From an uncultured Woeseiaceae bacterium (GTDB lineage Bacteria; Pseudomonadota; Gammaproteobacteria; Steroidobacterales; Woeseiaceae), in the NCBI GenBank assembly GCA_964557165.1, contig CAZKZE010000005.1:2344-66343 (forward strand): DNA of 64,000 bases, given 5' to 3'. The position numbers and the translations under genes were made by a program. Positions 1 through 10,673 of this stretch are shown piece by piece. The first letter of the stretch is position 1. Each line of letters starts with the position of its first letter. The notes below the pieces were generated by a model. It did no database searches and was not told where the DNA came from. It was given only the letters and a program-made list of their open reading frames with translations.

Positions 1-1529
1 TTATAGCCGCCGATATTTCGCACGCCCAGCTTCGACATCAGCGCATAGCGCCGGTCCATTTCCGCGACACACCAACGTAGTGAGTTCGACGCTTCCTTCA
101 TGTCCGTGACGACAGGCGCCAGAAGATGCGGAATACCCTCGTACACCGACAGCTCGAGCATCTTCGGATCGATCATGATCAGGCGAACCTGCTCCGGCTG
201 CGTCTTGTACAGGATACTGAGCACCATGGCGTTGATACCGACGGACTTGCCCGAGCCGGTCGTGCCAGCGATCAGCAGGTGCGGCATGCGCGCGAGATCC
301 GCAACGACAGAGTTGCCACCGATGTCCTTGCCCAGCGCGAGTGTCAGTGGCGATGCCATATCGTCATAGGCGCGGGATTTCAGGATCTCCCCGAGCGTCA
401 CGAGCTGGCGATTCTCATTGGGTATTTCCAGGCCGACGAACGACTTGCCCGGGATGACCTCGACAATACGAACGCTGACGACCGACAGGGAACGCGCAAG
501 GTCCTTGGCGAGATTCGCGATCTGGCTGACCTTCACACCGGGCGCCGGGTCGAGTTCAAAACGCGTGATCACGGGTCCCGGGGAGACGGACTTGACCTCG
601 ACATCGATGCCGAAGTCCTTGAGTTTGAGTTCGACCAGGCGCGACATCGCCTCGAGCGACTCCTCCGAGTAGCCCCGTTTCTGTTCCGGCGGATCGTCCA
701 GCAGCGACAGTGGTGGCAATTCACCGGCCTCGGCCGGCTCAAATAACGGGACCTGGCGCTCTTTCTCAGCCCGAGCGCTGGGCTCCAGCGATGGCAGCGT
801 GGGCTCGATTCGAGGCTTGGGCCTCGCGGCCTTGAGTTTCTTCTCGACCTTGACGACATCCTGGCGCGCCGCCGCATTGCGACGCCCTTCGGCCTTGTCG
901 CGCAGCTCGCCGAATTTCAGCATGGCTTTCTCATAGCCGACCAGGCACCAGTGCCCGACCTTGTCCATCACGTTAATCCAGGAGATGCCAAGAAACAGTG
1001 ACAATGACGCAACCCACAGGCAGAAGAGCAAGGTGCTGGCGCCGAGCAGTTTCATGACGCCCTCGAGGCTCTCGCCGACGATCTGACCCAGGATACCGCC
1101 CGCCGAATTCGTGAATCCTGCCGGTGAGAAGTGCAGCGTTGACAGCGCGCAACTCGTGATCAGCGTTGCCACGAACCCGCCAACCCGCAGGCCAAAATCA
1201 AGCCTCGTCAGCTCGATCTGGGTCTTTTGCTCGCGATACAGCATCCAGCCGAGATAGAACACCATCAGCGTGAACAGGTACGCCGGACGCCCGAAGGCGC
1301 TGAACAACATATCAGCAACATAAGCACCAACGCGGCCCACGCCATTGCGCACCGTGGCATCGGTCGTTGCATGGCTGAAACTCGGGTCGGCAGCGTCGTA
1401 CGTGAACAACGCATACCAGAGGATCAGCGCAAACGCCCCAAATACGTACAGCGCACCCTCGCGCAGTGCCCGGTGAACCTGCGATGACAGTCGCGATTCC
1501 GGCTGCTTGGCTTTAGCGGCTCTTGCCAT
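1..1529 (-). CDS. ftsK: DNA translocase FtsK, 5' part (about 509 codons; the 3' end lies beyond the left window edge)
   Basis: Absent from the ORF track because there is no in-window stop. Reverse-complement reading from ATG at 1529-1527 gives MARAAKAKQPESRLSS..., then several hydrophobic segments and a linker. It continues ...LARMPHLLIAGTTGSGKSVGINAMVLSILYK (Walker A, encoded near 200-290), in frame with that start. Confidence 0.9.
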   Translation of the reverse strand, partial: MARAAKAKQPESRLSSQVHRALREGALYVFGAFALILWYALFTYDAADPSFSHATTDATVRNGVGRVGAYVADMLFSAFGRPAYLFTLMVFYLGWMLYREQKTQIELTRLDFGLRVGGFVATLITSCALSTLHFSPAGFTNSAGGILGQIVGESLEGVMKLLGASTLLFCLWVASLSLFLGISWINVMDKVGHWCLVGYEKAMLKFGELRDKAEGRRNAAARQDVVKVEKKLKAARPKPRIEPTLPSLEPSARAEKERQVPLFEPAEAGELPPLSLLDDPPEQKRGYSEESLEAMSRLVELKLKDFGIDVEVKSVSPGPVITRFELDPAPGVKVSQIANLAKDLARSLSVVSVRIVEVIPGKSFVGLEIPNENRQLVTLGEILKSRAYDDMASPLTLALGKDIGGNSVVADLARMPHLLIAGTTGSGKSVGINAMVLSILYKTQPEQVRLIMIDPKMLELSVYEGIPHLLAPVVTDMKEASNSLRWCVAEMDRRYALMSKLGVRNIGGY

Positions 1530-1590
1530 AAAGAAACGGTTTTCCCTACACTTGCCCAAGTTCTTCACAACGGCGCACTGCTTCGCATAA

Positions 1591-2682
<1,092 letters not shown>

Positions 2683-2697
2683 ACTGGCGGTGCCCTG

Positions 2698-3840
2698 TTG
2701 AAGGTCACCGTTCACGACAGCATCTCTGCTATCGCGCGCGCGGACTGGAACGCGCTCGCAGGCAAGGCCTATCCATTTCTCGATCACGCGTTCCTCGAAC
2801 TGGCCGAGCGCTCCGGCGCCGTGAGACCTGACGCCGGCTGGACGCCCCGCCACCTCGTGCTTGAGGATGGCGGAGAGCTGCGTGCCGCCATGCCGCTCTA
2901 CGAGAAGAGCCATTCCTGGGGCGAGTTCGTTTTCGACTGGGCCTGGGCTCACGCCTACGAACAGGCGGGGCTCGACTACTATCCCAAACTTGTCTCGGCC
3001 GTTCCGTTCACACCGGCGCCCAGCTCACGAATCCTGAGGGCTCACGACGACGATACCGAAGCGACCTCGATCCTGGTCGGCGCCGCGACGCAACTCGCAG
3101 TCGATTCGGGATGCTCGTCCCTACACATCCTGTTTCCGGCGGAAGACGAAATTCCGCAGTTCGAGGACGCAGGCCTCCTGGTTCGCAAGGACTGCCAGTT
3201 TCACTGGCACAACCAGGACTACGGCAGCTTCGATGACTTTCTCGCGACGTTCACCTCGGCGAAACGCAAGAAGGCAAAGCGCGACCGTCGCCGCGTTGCC
3301 GAGCATGGCATTCGCTTCAGGCGCCTTCGCGGTGCAGAACTGGATAGTGACGCCTGGGCAACCGTGTATGCGCTGATCGCGCGAACATTCATGCAACGAG
3401 GGTCGTTGCCTTACTTCAACCAGGCTTTCTTCGAAGGTCTGAGTACTGAATTACCAGAAAATATTCTCGTCATACAGGCGGAGCTTCACGATCGACCAGT
3501 CGCTGCTGCCGTCTTTTTCGAAAGTGCCACGACGCTTTATGGACGCTACTGGGGCAGCGACGGACACTTCGACGCACTGCATTTCGAGACCTGTTACTAC
3601 CAGGGAATCGACTACTGCATCGAGACAGGGAAGCAGTTGTTTGAACCCGGGACCCAGGGCGAGCACAAAGTAAGCCGTGGCTTCTCACCCGTCACAACCT
3701 GGTCCGCGCACTGGCTGGCACATCCCGAATTTGCGAACGCCATCGAGCGCTACCTGGATGAAGAAGGACGGCATATCGATCGTTATATCGAAGCGGTCGA
3801 TGAACACACGCCTTATAAGTCAGGCGAGCACGAACAATGA
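2698..3840 (+). CDS. DUF482 / COG3146 FemAB-like GNAT-fold protein of unknown function
   Basis: 380-aa ORF with a TTG start. DWNALAGKAYPFLDHAFLELAERSG...GWTPRHLVLEDG...MPLYEKSHSWGEFVFDWAWAHAYEQAGLDYYPKLVSAVPFTP matches my memory of the COG3146 family. The stop overlaps the aat start (ATGA at 3837-3840). Confidence 0.75.
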   Translation: MKVTVHDSISAIARADWNALAGKAYPFLDHAFLELAERSGAVRPDAGWTPRHLVLEDGGELRAAMPLYEKSHSWGEFVFDWAWAHAYEQAGLDYYPKLVSAVPFTPAPSSRILRAHDDDTEATSILVGAATQLAVDSGCSSLHILFPAEDEIPQFEDAGLLVRKDCQFHWHNQDYGSFDDFLATFTSAKRKKAKRDRRRVAEHGIRFRRLRGAELDSDAWATVYALIARTFMQRGSLPYFNQAFFEGLSTELPENILVIQAELHDRPVAAAVFFESATTLYGRYWGSDGHFDALHFETCYYQGIDYCIETGKQLFEPGTQGEHKVSRGFSPVTTWSAHWLAHPEFANAIERYLDEEGRHIDRYIEAVDEHTPYKSGEHEQ

Positions 3841-4571
3841 GTAACCAGCGCGTTGTCTGGCTCACGGCTGACGACCCGCCGAACGCTTTTCCGTCGGTGG
3901 AGACAGCGTTGCGGGAACCGGACGGACTGCTGGCGGCCGGTGGCGATCTTTCTCCACAGCGGCTGCTCGCCGCGTACCGCCGCGGCATATTCCCGTGGTA
4001 CGACGAGGGACAACCGCTCCTGTGGTGGTCCCCCGACCCGCGCTGCGTCTTCCTCAAAGACGACCTTCATCTGTCGCGGCGACTTCAGCGGCAACTGCGA
4101 AGCTCCACTGCCGAAGTTCGCTTCAACACGACATTCAATGAGGTTATTACCGAGTGCGCGGGACCACGCCGATACCAGCAGGGCACGTGGATCACGGACG
4201 ACATGATCAATGCGTACCGACAGCTGCACGACAGCGGCTGGGCCCATTCGATCGAAATCTGGCAGGAGGAGCAGCTAATCGGCGGCCTCTACGGCCTGAT
4301 TATTGGCCAGGCCGTGTTCGGCGAATCCATGTTCAGCAAGCACGCCAATGCCTCGAAGATCGCGCTGCTCGTGCTCGATCGCCTGCTCGACGCCGGTGAA
4401 ATCGGGATAGTCGATTGCCAGGTGCAATCCCGCCATTTGCTGTCGCTGGGCGCGTCGATTATTCCTCGCAGCGAGTTTTCGGGCTTGCTGGAGACACTTT
4501 GCGAGCCGGTCAGACCTTACAAAAGCTGGCCGGACAGCCCGATTTCGGTGCGGGAATTGCTTTCGGAGTAA
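3837..4571 (+). CDS. aat: leucyl/phenylalanyl-tRNA--protein transferase
   Basis: REPDGLLAAGGDLSPQRLLAAYRRGIFPWYDEGQPLLWWSPDPRCVF and SIEIWQEEQLIGGLYGLIIGQAVFGESMFS are typical Aat blocks. Synteny aat-infA-clpA-clpS supports the call. Confidence 0.9.
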   Translation: MSNQRVVWLTADDPPNAFPSVETALREPDGLLAAGGDLSPQRLLAAYRRGIFPWYDEGQPLLWWSPDPRCVFLKDDLHLSRRLQRQLRSSTAEVRFNTTFNEVITECAGPRRYQQGTWITDDMINAYRQLHDSGWAHSIEIWQEEQLIGGLYGLIIGQAVFGESMFSKHANASKIALLVLDRLLDAGEIGIVDCQVQSRHLLSLGASIIPRSEFSGLLETLCEPVRPYKSWPDSPISVRELLSE

Positions 4572-4656
4572 GGCTTTGCGGGCGCCGCGCATTGCAATAC
4601 CGGGGCCGTTTCTGCACAATTCGCGAGCCTTTTAGCAGTACAGGAATTTAGACCCC

Positions 4657-4875
4657 TTGGCGAAAGAAGAAGCCATTCAGATGGAAGGCGTCGTGATGGA
4701 GACGCTGCCGAATACCACGTTCCGGGTTGAGCTCGAGAACGGCCACGTGGTGACGGCGCATATCTCCGGAAAGATGCGCAAGAACTACATTCGTATTCTC
4801 ACGGGCGACAAAGTTACCGTGGAACTCACCCCGTACGACCTTTCGAAGGGACGTATCGTCTATCGTGGACGTTGA
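4657..4875 (+). CDS. infA: translation initiation factor IF-1
   Basis: 72 aa, [72 protein letters not shown], near-identical in pattern to E. coli InfA. TTG start. Confidence 0.95.
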   Translation: MAKEEAIQMEGVVMETLPNTTFRVELENGHVVTAHISGKMRKNYIRILTGDKVTVELTPYDLSKGRIVYRGR

Positions 4876-4884
4876 TCTCGGCCG

Positions 4885-7179
4885 CTAGTCCGTCGCCTGA
4901 TCCGTTTCCTGACCTTCAGGCTGGTGTGTCAACTCCCTGAGCACCGGTTCAGCAATTAACTCCAGCTCCCCGTCCTTGCCGACGGTGATTCGGACGTGTC
5001 CGCCCTCTTCGAGGCTACCGAACAACAGTTCCTCGGCGAGTGGCCGTTTAATGTACTCCTGGATAATACGCGCCATCGGGCGCGCGCCCATCTTCGGGTC
5101 GTAACCACGTTCGGAAATCCACGCCCGGGCCTCGTCGTCCAGTTCGAGCGTGACCGCGTTGTTGCCCAGCTTCGCCTCCAGCTCGACGACGAGCTTGTCG
5201 ACGACACGCATGATCGAATCAATCTCGAGTTCTGCAAACTGAATAATCGCGTCGAGGCGATTACGGAATTCGGGCGAGAACGACTTCTTGATGATCGACA
5301 TGCCATCGGCCGAGTGATCCTGTTGCGTGAAGCCGATCGACGCCCGGCTCATTTCCCGCGCGCCGGCATTGGTCGTCATAACCACGATGACGTTGCGGAA
5401 ATCAGCCTTGCGACCGTTGTTATCCGTCAGGGTGCCGTGATCCATGACCTGCAGCAGCAGGTTGAACACTTCGGGGTCCGCTTTTTCGATCTCGTCGAGC
5501 AGCACGACGGCGTGTGGATTCTTGGTCACAGCCTCAGTCAGCAGACCGCCCTGGTCGAACCCGACATAGCCCGGAGGGGCGCCGATAAGCCGGGATACCG
5601 TGTGCTTTTCCATGTATTCCGACATGTCGAAGCGAATCAACTCGACGCCCATGAGCAGCGCGAGTTGCCGGGTGACCTCGGTCTTGCCGACGCCGGTCGG
5701 GCCCGCGAACAGGAACGCACCGATTGGCTTTTCTTCCTCGCGTAGACCGGACCGCGACATCTTGATCGCGCTTGCCAGCGCCTCGATCGCCTGGTCCTGA
5801 CCGAAGATCGTCAGCTTGAGATCGCGCTCGAGTGTGCGCAGCGCATCACGATCCGACGCCGAGACACTCTTGGCCGGGATTCGAGCCATCTTGGCCACGA
5901 TATTCTCGACGAGTTCGACAGTGACGCGTTCCCCGCGCTCACTGACCGGCTGCAGGCGCAAATTGGCGCCGGCCTCATCCATGACATCGATGGCTTTATC
6001 CGGCAGGTGCCTGTCGTTGATGTGCCGTGCGGACAATTCTGCGGCCGCTTCAAGCGCCGCCGTGTCGTAATGAATGCCGTGATGCTCTTCGAAACGCGAC
6101 TTCAAGCCGTTCAGGATGGCAACCGTTTCGGGAACGGTCGGCTCAGGTACATCTATTTTCTGGAAACGTCTCGCAAGTGCATGATCTTTCTCGAAAACTC
6201 CTCGGTACTCCGAGTAGGTCGTCGAGCCGATGCAGCGGATCTCGCCATTCGCCAGAACCGGCTTGATCAGGTTGCTGGCGTCCATAACGCCCCCCGACGC
6301 GGCGCCGGCCCCGATGACGGTGTGAATCTCATCGATAAACAGGATCGCGCCCGGATCTTCCCGGATTTCCGCGATGACGCCTTTGAGGCGTTTCTCAAAG
6401 TCGCCGCGATACTTGGTGCCCGCGATCAGAGTTCCCATGTCCAGCGCATAAATCGTGCTGTCCTGCAGCACTTCCGGGACCCGCTCCTCGGTAATCATGC
6501 GCGCGAGACCCTCCGCCAGTGCCGTCTTGCCAACGCCCGCCTCACCGACATAGAGCGGATTATTCTTGCGCCGCCGGCAGAGAATCTGCACGGTGCGTTC
6601 GATTTCGAGCTCGCGCCCGATCAGGGGGTCGATCTTGCCGTCGATCGCGCGCTGATTGAGATTGGTTGCGTACTGCTCCAGCGGAGAAGCTTCGACGTCC
6701 ATCTCCGAGTCGACCTGCGTCTCGCCTTCCTCAGCGCCTTCGGCAGATACCTGGGGCATGCCGTGAGAAATGTAATTGATGACATCGAGGCGTGTGACGT
6801 CCTGCAAACCCAGGAAATACACGGCTTGCGACTGTTTCTCGCTGAAAATGGCGACCAGTACGTTGCTGCCTGTGACTTCTTTCTTGCCGCTTGACTGCAC
6901 GTGGAAAACCGCACGCTGCAGGACGCGCTGGAAGCCAAGCGTCGGCTGCACTTCAGCGTCTTCCTCGTCCGGCAACAACGGGGTTTGCTCGTCGACGCAT
7001 TCGGTCAACTGGCGGCGCAGTTCGGCCATGTTTGTCTCGCAGGCCTTCAATATCTCGTGCACCCTGGGGATATCAAGCAGCGCGAGCAGCAAGTGCTCCA
7101 CCGTCATGTATTCATGACGCCGGTCGCGGGCTCTTTGAAAAGCCTCGTTCAAACAGAATTCAAGCTCGCTCGAGAGCAT
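4885..7179 (-). CDS. clpA: ATP-dependent Clp protease ATP-binding subunit ClpA
   Basis: 764 aa with a Clp_N start (MLSSELEFCLNEAFQRARDRRHEYMTVEHLLLALLD). Two AAA+ modules (GEAGVGKTALAEGLA; FLFAGPTGVGKTEVTRQLA). Confidence 0.95.
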   Translation of the reverse strand: MLSSELEFCLNEAFQRARDRRHEYMTVEHLLLALLDIPRVHEILKACETNMAELRRQLTECVDEQTPLLPDEEDAEVQPTLGFQRVLQRAVFHVQSSGKKEVTGSNVLVAIFSEKQSQAVYFLGLQDVTRLDVINYISHGMPQVSAEGAEEGETQVDSEMDVEASPLEQYATNLNQRAIDGKIDPLIGRELEIERTVQILCRRRKNNPLYVGEAGVGKTALAEGLARMITEERVPEVLQDSTIYALDMGTLIAGTKYRGDFEKRLKGVIAEIREDPGAILFIDEIHTVIGAGAASGGVMDASNLIKPVLANGEIRCIGSTTYSEYRGVFEKDHALARRFQKIDVPEPTVPETVAILNGLKSRFEEHHGIHYDTAALEAAAELSARHINDRHLPDKAIDVMDEAGANLRLQPVSERGERVTVELVENIVAKMARIPAKSVSASDRDALRTLERDLKLTIFGQDQAIEALASAIKMSRSGLREEEKPIGAFLFAGPTGVGKTEVTRQLALLMGVELIRFDMSEYMEKHTVSRLIGAPPGYVGFDQGGLLTEAVTKNPHAVVLLDEIEKADPEVFNLLLQVMDHGTLTDNNGRKADFRNVIVVMTTNAGAREMSRASIGFTQQDHSADGMSIIKKSFSPEFRNRLDAIIQFAELEIDSIMRVVDKLVVELEAKLGNNAVTLELDDEARAWISERGYDPKMGARPMARIIQEYIKRPLAEELLFGSLEEGGHVRITVGKDGELELIAEPVLRELTHQPEGQETDQATD

Positions 7180-7188
7180 CGTGTCTCC

Positions 7189-7518
7189 TCAGGACTCTTC
7201 CATCGTGCACAACAGCGGGTGCTGCTGCTGCTTCGCAATACTCATAACCTGCGCAACCTTGGTCTCGGCGATTTCGAAACTGTAGACGCCGCAGATGCCT
7301 TTGCCCTTGGTATGAACTTCGAGCATAACCTGTGTGGCGCGAGTGCGCTCCATCCCGAAAATCGACTCCAGGATATCGACGACGAACTCCATAGGGGTGA
7401 AATCGTCGTTGATCAACACCACGCGGTACAGCGGTGGCTGCTTGATCTTCGGACGGGCTTCATCGACGGCGAGGTCATAACTGCCGTGCTGCTCGTTTTC
7501 GTTGCGTTGGTCACTCAT
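7189..7518 (-). CDS. clpS: Clp protease adaptor ClpS
   Basis: 109 aa. [27 protein letters not shown]...[28 protein letters not shown] is the ClpS core. Lies directly upstream of clpA. Confidence 0.93.
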   Translation of the reverse strand: MSDQRNENEQHGSYDLAVDEARPKIKQPPLYRVVLINDDFTPMEFVVDILESIFGMERTRATQVMLEVHTKGKGICGVYSFEIAETKVAQVMSIAKQQQHPLLCTMEES

Positions 7519-7725
7519 GATCGATTTGCGGATATACGGTCAGATTTCGGTAAGTCAATGGCCATCGTACGCCGCAGGCGTACTGGCAAAGTATTATATA
7601 TGGACCCACAGCCGACCCGATATATTATTGCCAAATATAGTATTTTCGCCGTTTTGCGGCTTGTCGCTGTTGTACCTCAACCCGTATCATCGGGTCGCTG
7701 CGTTATAGATGAAGTACAGGTAAGG

Positions 7726-8682
7726 ATGCCGATCCGGCAGGACATGATCACAAAAGCCAAATGGACCGACTTTTCGAGCGCCGACGGGACCGCCGCGCTG
7801 ACGACCATCAACAGGGTTTTGCCACCCTGGGTCAGCCTGTTCCTGGCTATCGTGATCGGCTGGCAGATCGCACGCATCATCTGGATGCTCGTACCCGCCC
7901 CCTCGACCGGAGACATTGTTGTACCACCGATGGAGCTGCCCGCGGCGGCCGCCGGTCCCGCGCGCGGCGCAAACGTCCAGGATATTGCTGACAATCATAT
8001 GTTCGGAGAGGCCGACGCTGTGGACGAGCTTGTCGTGGCTGCCCCCATCGTGGACGACAACCTCGCAGACACACGGCTCACCAATCTCGTTCTCAAGGGG
8101 ACGATTGCGTCGGCCGTGCCGGAATTTTCGGTCGCGGTCATTGCCGATAACAATGCAGAGCAGCAGGTCTACGAAATCGGTGACTCGGTCGGCTCAGGTG
8201 CCACCCTGCATGCCGTGTATGCCGAGCGGGTGGTGCTCAACGAAAACGGAGCCCTCACGAACCTCAAGTTGCCGAGCGACTTCCCTGCCGGGCGTACCAC
8301 GCAGACCCGCCGGACCACGAGCACGACCCGCCAGACCAGCCAGAAGAACACGGCAAGTATTCAGAACGTCGTGACCGAAAACCTGTCGAAGCTGACCGAC
8401 GTTATTCGACCGACGCCGTACCTGGTGAACGGCGAACAGGCCGGCTATCGCGTCTACCCGGGTCGCAACAGGCAGCAGTTTGCGGCATTAGGTCTGCGGC
8501 CCGGTGATCTGATCAAGGATATCGATGGCCAATCTCTGACCGATCCGACCCAGGCCATGCAGGTCTTTCAATCTCTTGGCACAGCTGAACAAGTAACTGT
8601 GACCATCGAACGCAACGGGCAGCCGCAAACGATTGTCCTCAAAACCAGTCAACTCGATTTGTCTGGCGAGCAAACCAAATGA
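7726..8682 (+). CDS. gspC: type II secretion system protein GspC (start uncertain: ATG 7726 or 7744)
   Basis: This is the 3' third of the 593-aa ORF 6901-8682; the upstream part is antisense to clpA/clpS. It has an N-terminal TM (WVSLFLAIVIGWQIARIIWMLV) and a C-terminal PDZ-like block (LRPGDLIKDIDGQSLTDPTQAMQVFQSLGTAEQVTVTIERNGQ). It is coupled to gspD by ATGA at 8679-8682. Confidence 0.75.
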   Translation: MPIRQDMITKAKWTDFSSADGTAALTTINRVLPPWVSLFLAIVIGWQIARIIWMLVPAPSTGDIVVPPMELPAAAAGPARGANVQDIADNHMFGEADAVDELVVAAPIVDDNLADTRLTNLVLKGTIASAVPEFSVAVIADNNAEQQVYEIGDSVGSGATLHAVYAERVVLNENGALTNLKLPSDFPAGRTTQTRRTTSTTRQTSQKNTASIQNVVTENLSKLTDVIRPTPYLVNGEQAGYRVYPGRNRQQFAALGLRPGDLIKDIDGQSLTDPTQAMQVFQSLGTAEQVTVTIERNGQPQTIVLKTSQLDLSGEQTK

Positions 8683-10673
8683 CAATGAAATCAGTAACCA
8701 ACAAGCCAGGCATCTTGCGTACGCTTCTTGCAGTGACCGTGCTGGCAATTTCCGCATCAGCCTGGGCGCAGCAACCCGCCGCAACGCTCAACTGGAAAGA
8801 TGCCGACATTCGGCAGGTCGTCGAGGCCGTCTCGCTGGTCACTGGCAAGAACTTCATTCTCGACCCGCGAGTAACGGGCCGCGTTACGTTGCTGTCACCG
8901 ACACCGTTGGGCCCTGACGCACTGTACGAGGCCTTTTTGTCGATCCTTCAGGTGCATGGCTATGTCGCCGTCGAAAGTGGCGACCTGATCAAGATCGTTC
9001 CCGACGCGACTGCGCGGCAGTTCGCCAGTCCGATCGGCGTCGAGGGAGCAGAAGGTCCCGACGACATCGCAACCCAGGTTGTGCAGGTTCGCAACGTCGG
9101 CGCGACGCAGCTCGTTGCCATCCTGCGTCCTTTGATTCCACAGTACGGGCACCTCGTTGCGCATGCCGGCTCGAACATGCTGATCATCTCGGATCGAGCT
9201 GCCAACATCGCGCGCATGGTCAGCATTATTCGGCGCATCGATATGGCCAGCGATGAAGACATCGAGGTCGTGACCCTGCAGCACGCCTCAGCAGCCGAGA
9301 TCGTCCGCATCATGACCGCTCTCACCCAGTCGCCCCGATCTGACGGCGCCCCGGTTGTGACAAGCCTGGTCGCGGACGCACGCACCAACAGCGTGCTTAT
9401 CGGCGGTGACAAGAATGAGCGCCTGCGCTTGCGGACGCTGATCGCGCATCTCGACACGCCGCTCGACGGGGGTGGCGACACGCAAGTACGCTACCTGCGC
9501 TACGCGGACGCCGAAGAATTGTCCACCAAGCTGCAGCAGCACTTTACGGGCCAGGTACAGGCGGCCGCTGGCGGTGCGGCCGCGGCCGGCGGCGCCCGGT
9601 CAATGAACGAGATCAATGTATGGGCCGATACACAAACCAATGCGCTGGTCATCGATGCGCCACCGAAGATGATGCGTTCAATCATGCGGATCGTGGACAA
9701 ACTCGACATTCGACGCGCCCAGGTACTGGTTGAGGCAATCATCGTCGAGGTCATTGCTGACGAGAAAAACGAACTGGGTGTTACCTGGGCTATCGAAGGC
9801 GCGAGTACAAACGCACCTATCGGTGTCACGAACTTCCCGAGTTTCATGAATGGCGTGGTGCAACTGGGTGCCGCAGTGGGCAGCGGCGGTACCACCGTGG
9901 ACCCGACCGGACTGATTGGTGAGGGCATCACGCTTGGCGTTGGCCGGATCTCGGATGGCAACGTCAGTTTCGCCGCGATCCTGCGCGCGCTGGAGGCGGA
10001 CGCAGATACGAACATCATTTCCACCCCGTCCGTTGTGACCACGGATAATGAGGAAGCATCGCTGAACGTCGGGCAGGAAGTGCCGTTCGTGACAGGCTCC
10101 TACAGCAACACGGGCAGTGCCGGCGGAGCCGTGAATCCGTTCCAGACTGTGCAACGCCAGTCGATCGGCGTGAAACTCGCGATAACGCCGCAGATCAATG
10201 AGGGTGACTCGATGCTTCTCGATATCTCACAAGAGATCTCAAGTATCGCGCAGTCAGCCGCCGCCGTTGACCTGATCACGAACCAGCGAATCGTCGAGAC
10301 GACTGTGATCGTCGATGACGGTCAGATTCTCGTGCTGGGCGGCCTGCTCGAAGACGCGTTGCGCGAAAGCGATCAACGAGTGCCGGTACTCGGCAGTATT
10401 CCGGTGCTTGGCGCCCTGTTCCGCTCGCAGAAGACCGAGAAGGTCAAGACGAATCTCATGATCTTCATAAAACCGACGATTCTGCGCGATGCCGCAACAA
10501 CCACGTTTGAGACTAACGCCAAGTACAACACGATTCGCCAAATCCAACAGGGCGGTCAAGATAACAGCATACAGCTTATGCCTGGCAGGAATCGGCCGAT
10601 GTTGCCGCCGCTCGAAGAAGGCGCGGAAGATCAAACCCAAAGCGCTGAACCTGAAGGCGATACGAGCCAGTAA
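8679..10673 (+). CDS. gspD: type II secretion system secretin GspD
   Basis: 664 aa with a signal peptide ([17 protein letters not shown]) and N0-N3 style repeats. Secretin C-domain: [24 protein letters not shown]...[35 protein letters not shown]. Confidence 0.9.
   Translation: MTMKSVTNKPGILRTLLAVTVLAISASAWAQQPAATLNWKDADIRQVVEAVSLVTGKNFILDPRVTGRVTLLSPTPLGPDALYEAFLSILQVHGYVAVESGDLIKIVPDATARQFASPIGVEGAEGPDDIATQVVQVRNVGATQLVAILRPLIPQYGHLVAHAGSNMLIISDRAANIARMVSIIRRIDMASDEDIEVVTLQHASAAEIVRIMTALTQSPRSDGAPVVTSLVADARTNSVLIGGDKNERLRLRTLIAHLDTPLDGGGDTQVRYLRYADAEELSTKLQQHFTGQVQAAAGGAAAAGGARSMNEINVWADTQTNALVIDAPPKMMRSIMRIVDKLDIRRAQVLVEAIIVEVIADEKNELGVTWAIEGASTNAPIGVTNFPSFMNGVVQLGAAVGSGGTTVDPTGLIGEGITLGVGRISDGNVSFAAILRALEADADTNIISTPSVVTTDNEEASLNVGQEVPFVTGSYSNTGSAGGAVNPFQTVQRQSIGVKLAITPQINEGDSMLLDISQEISSIAQSAAAVDLITNQRIVETTVIVDDGQILVLGGLLEDALRESDQRVPVLGSIPVLGALFRSQKTEKVKTNLMIFIKPTILRDAATTTFETNAKYNTIRQIQQGGQDNSIQLMPGRNRPMLPPLEEGAEDQTQSAEPEGDTSQ

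Noticed and set aside
100-1487. Plus-strand ORFs 100-369, 126-746, 418-672, 1227-1487 and minus ORF 569-877
   Set aside because: All overlap the clear FtsK reading frame on the minus strand (Walker A and membrane domain read directly). Their translations have no recognisable motifs.
6901-7725. N-terminal 275 codons of the 593-aa ORF 6901-8682
   Set aside because: This part runs antisense through the clpA 5' end and all of clpS and has low-complexity, Arg/Leu-rich translation. Only the part from about 7726 onward has GspC features. The long open frame is a high-GC artefact.
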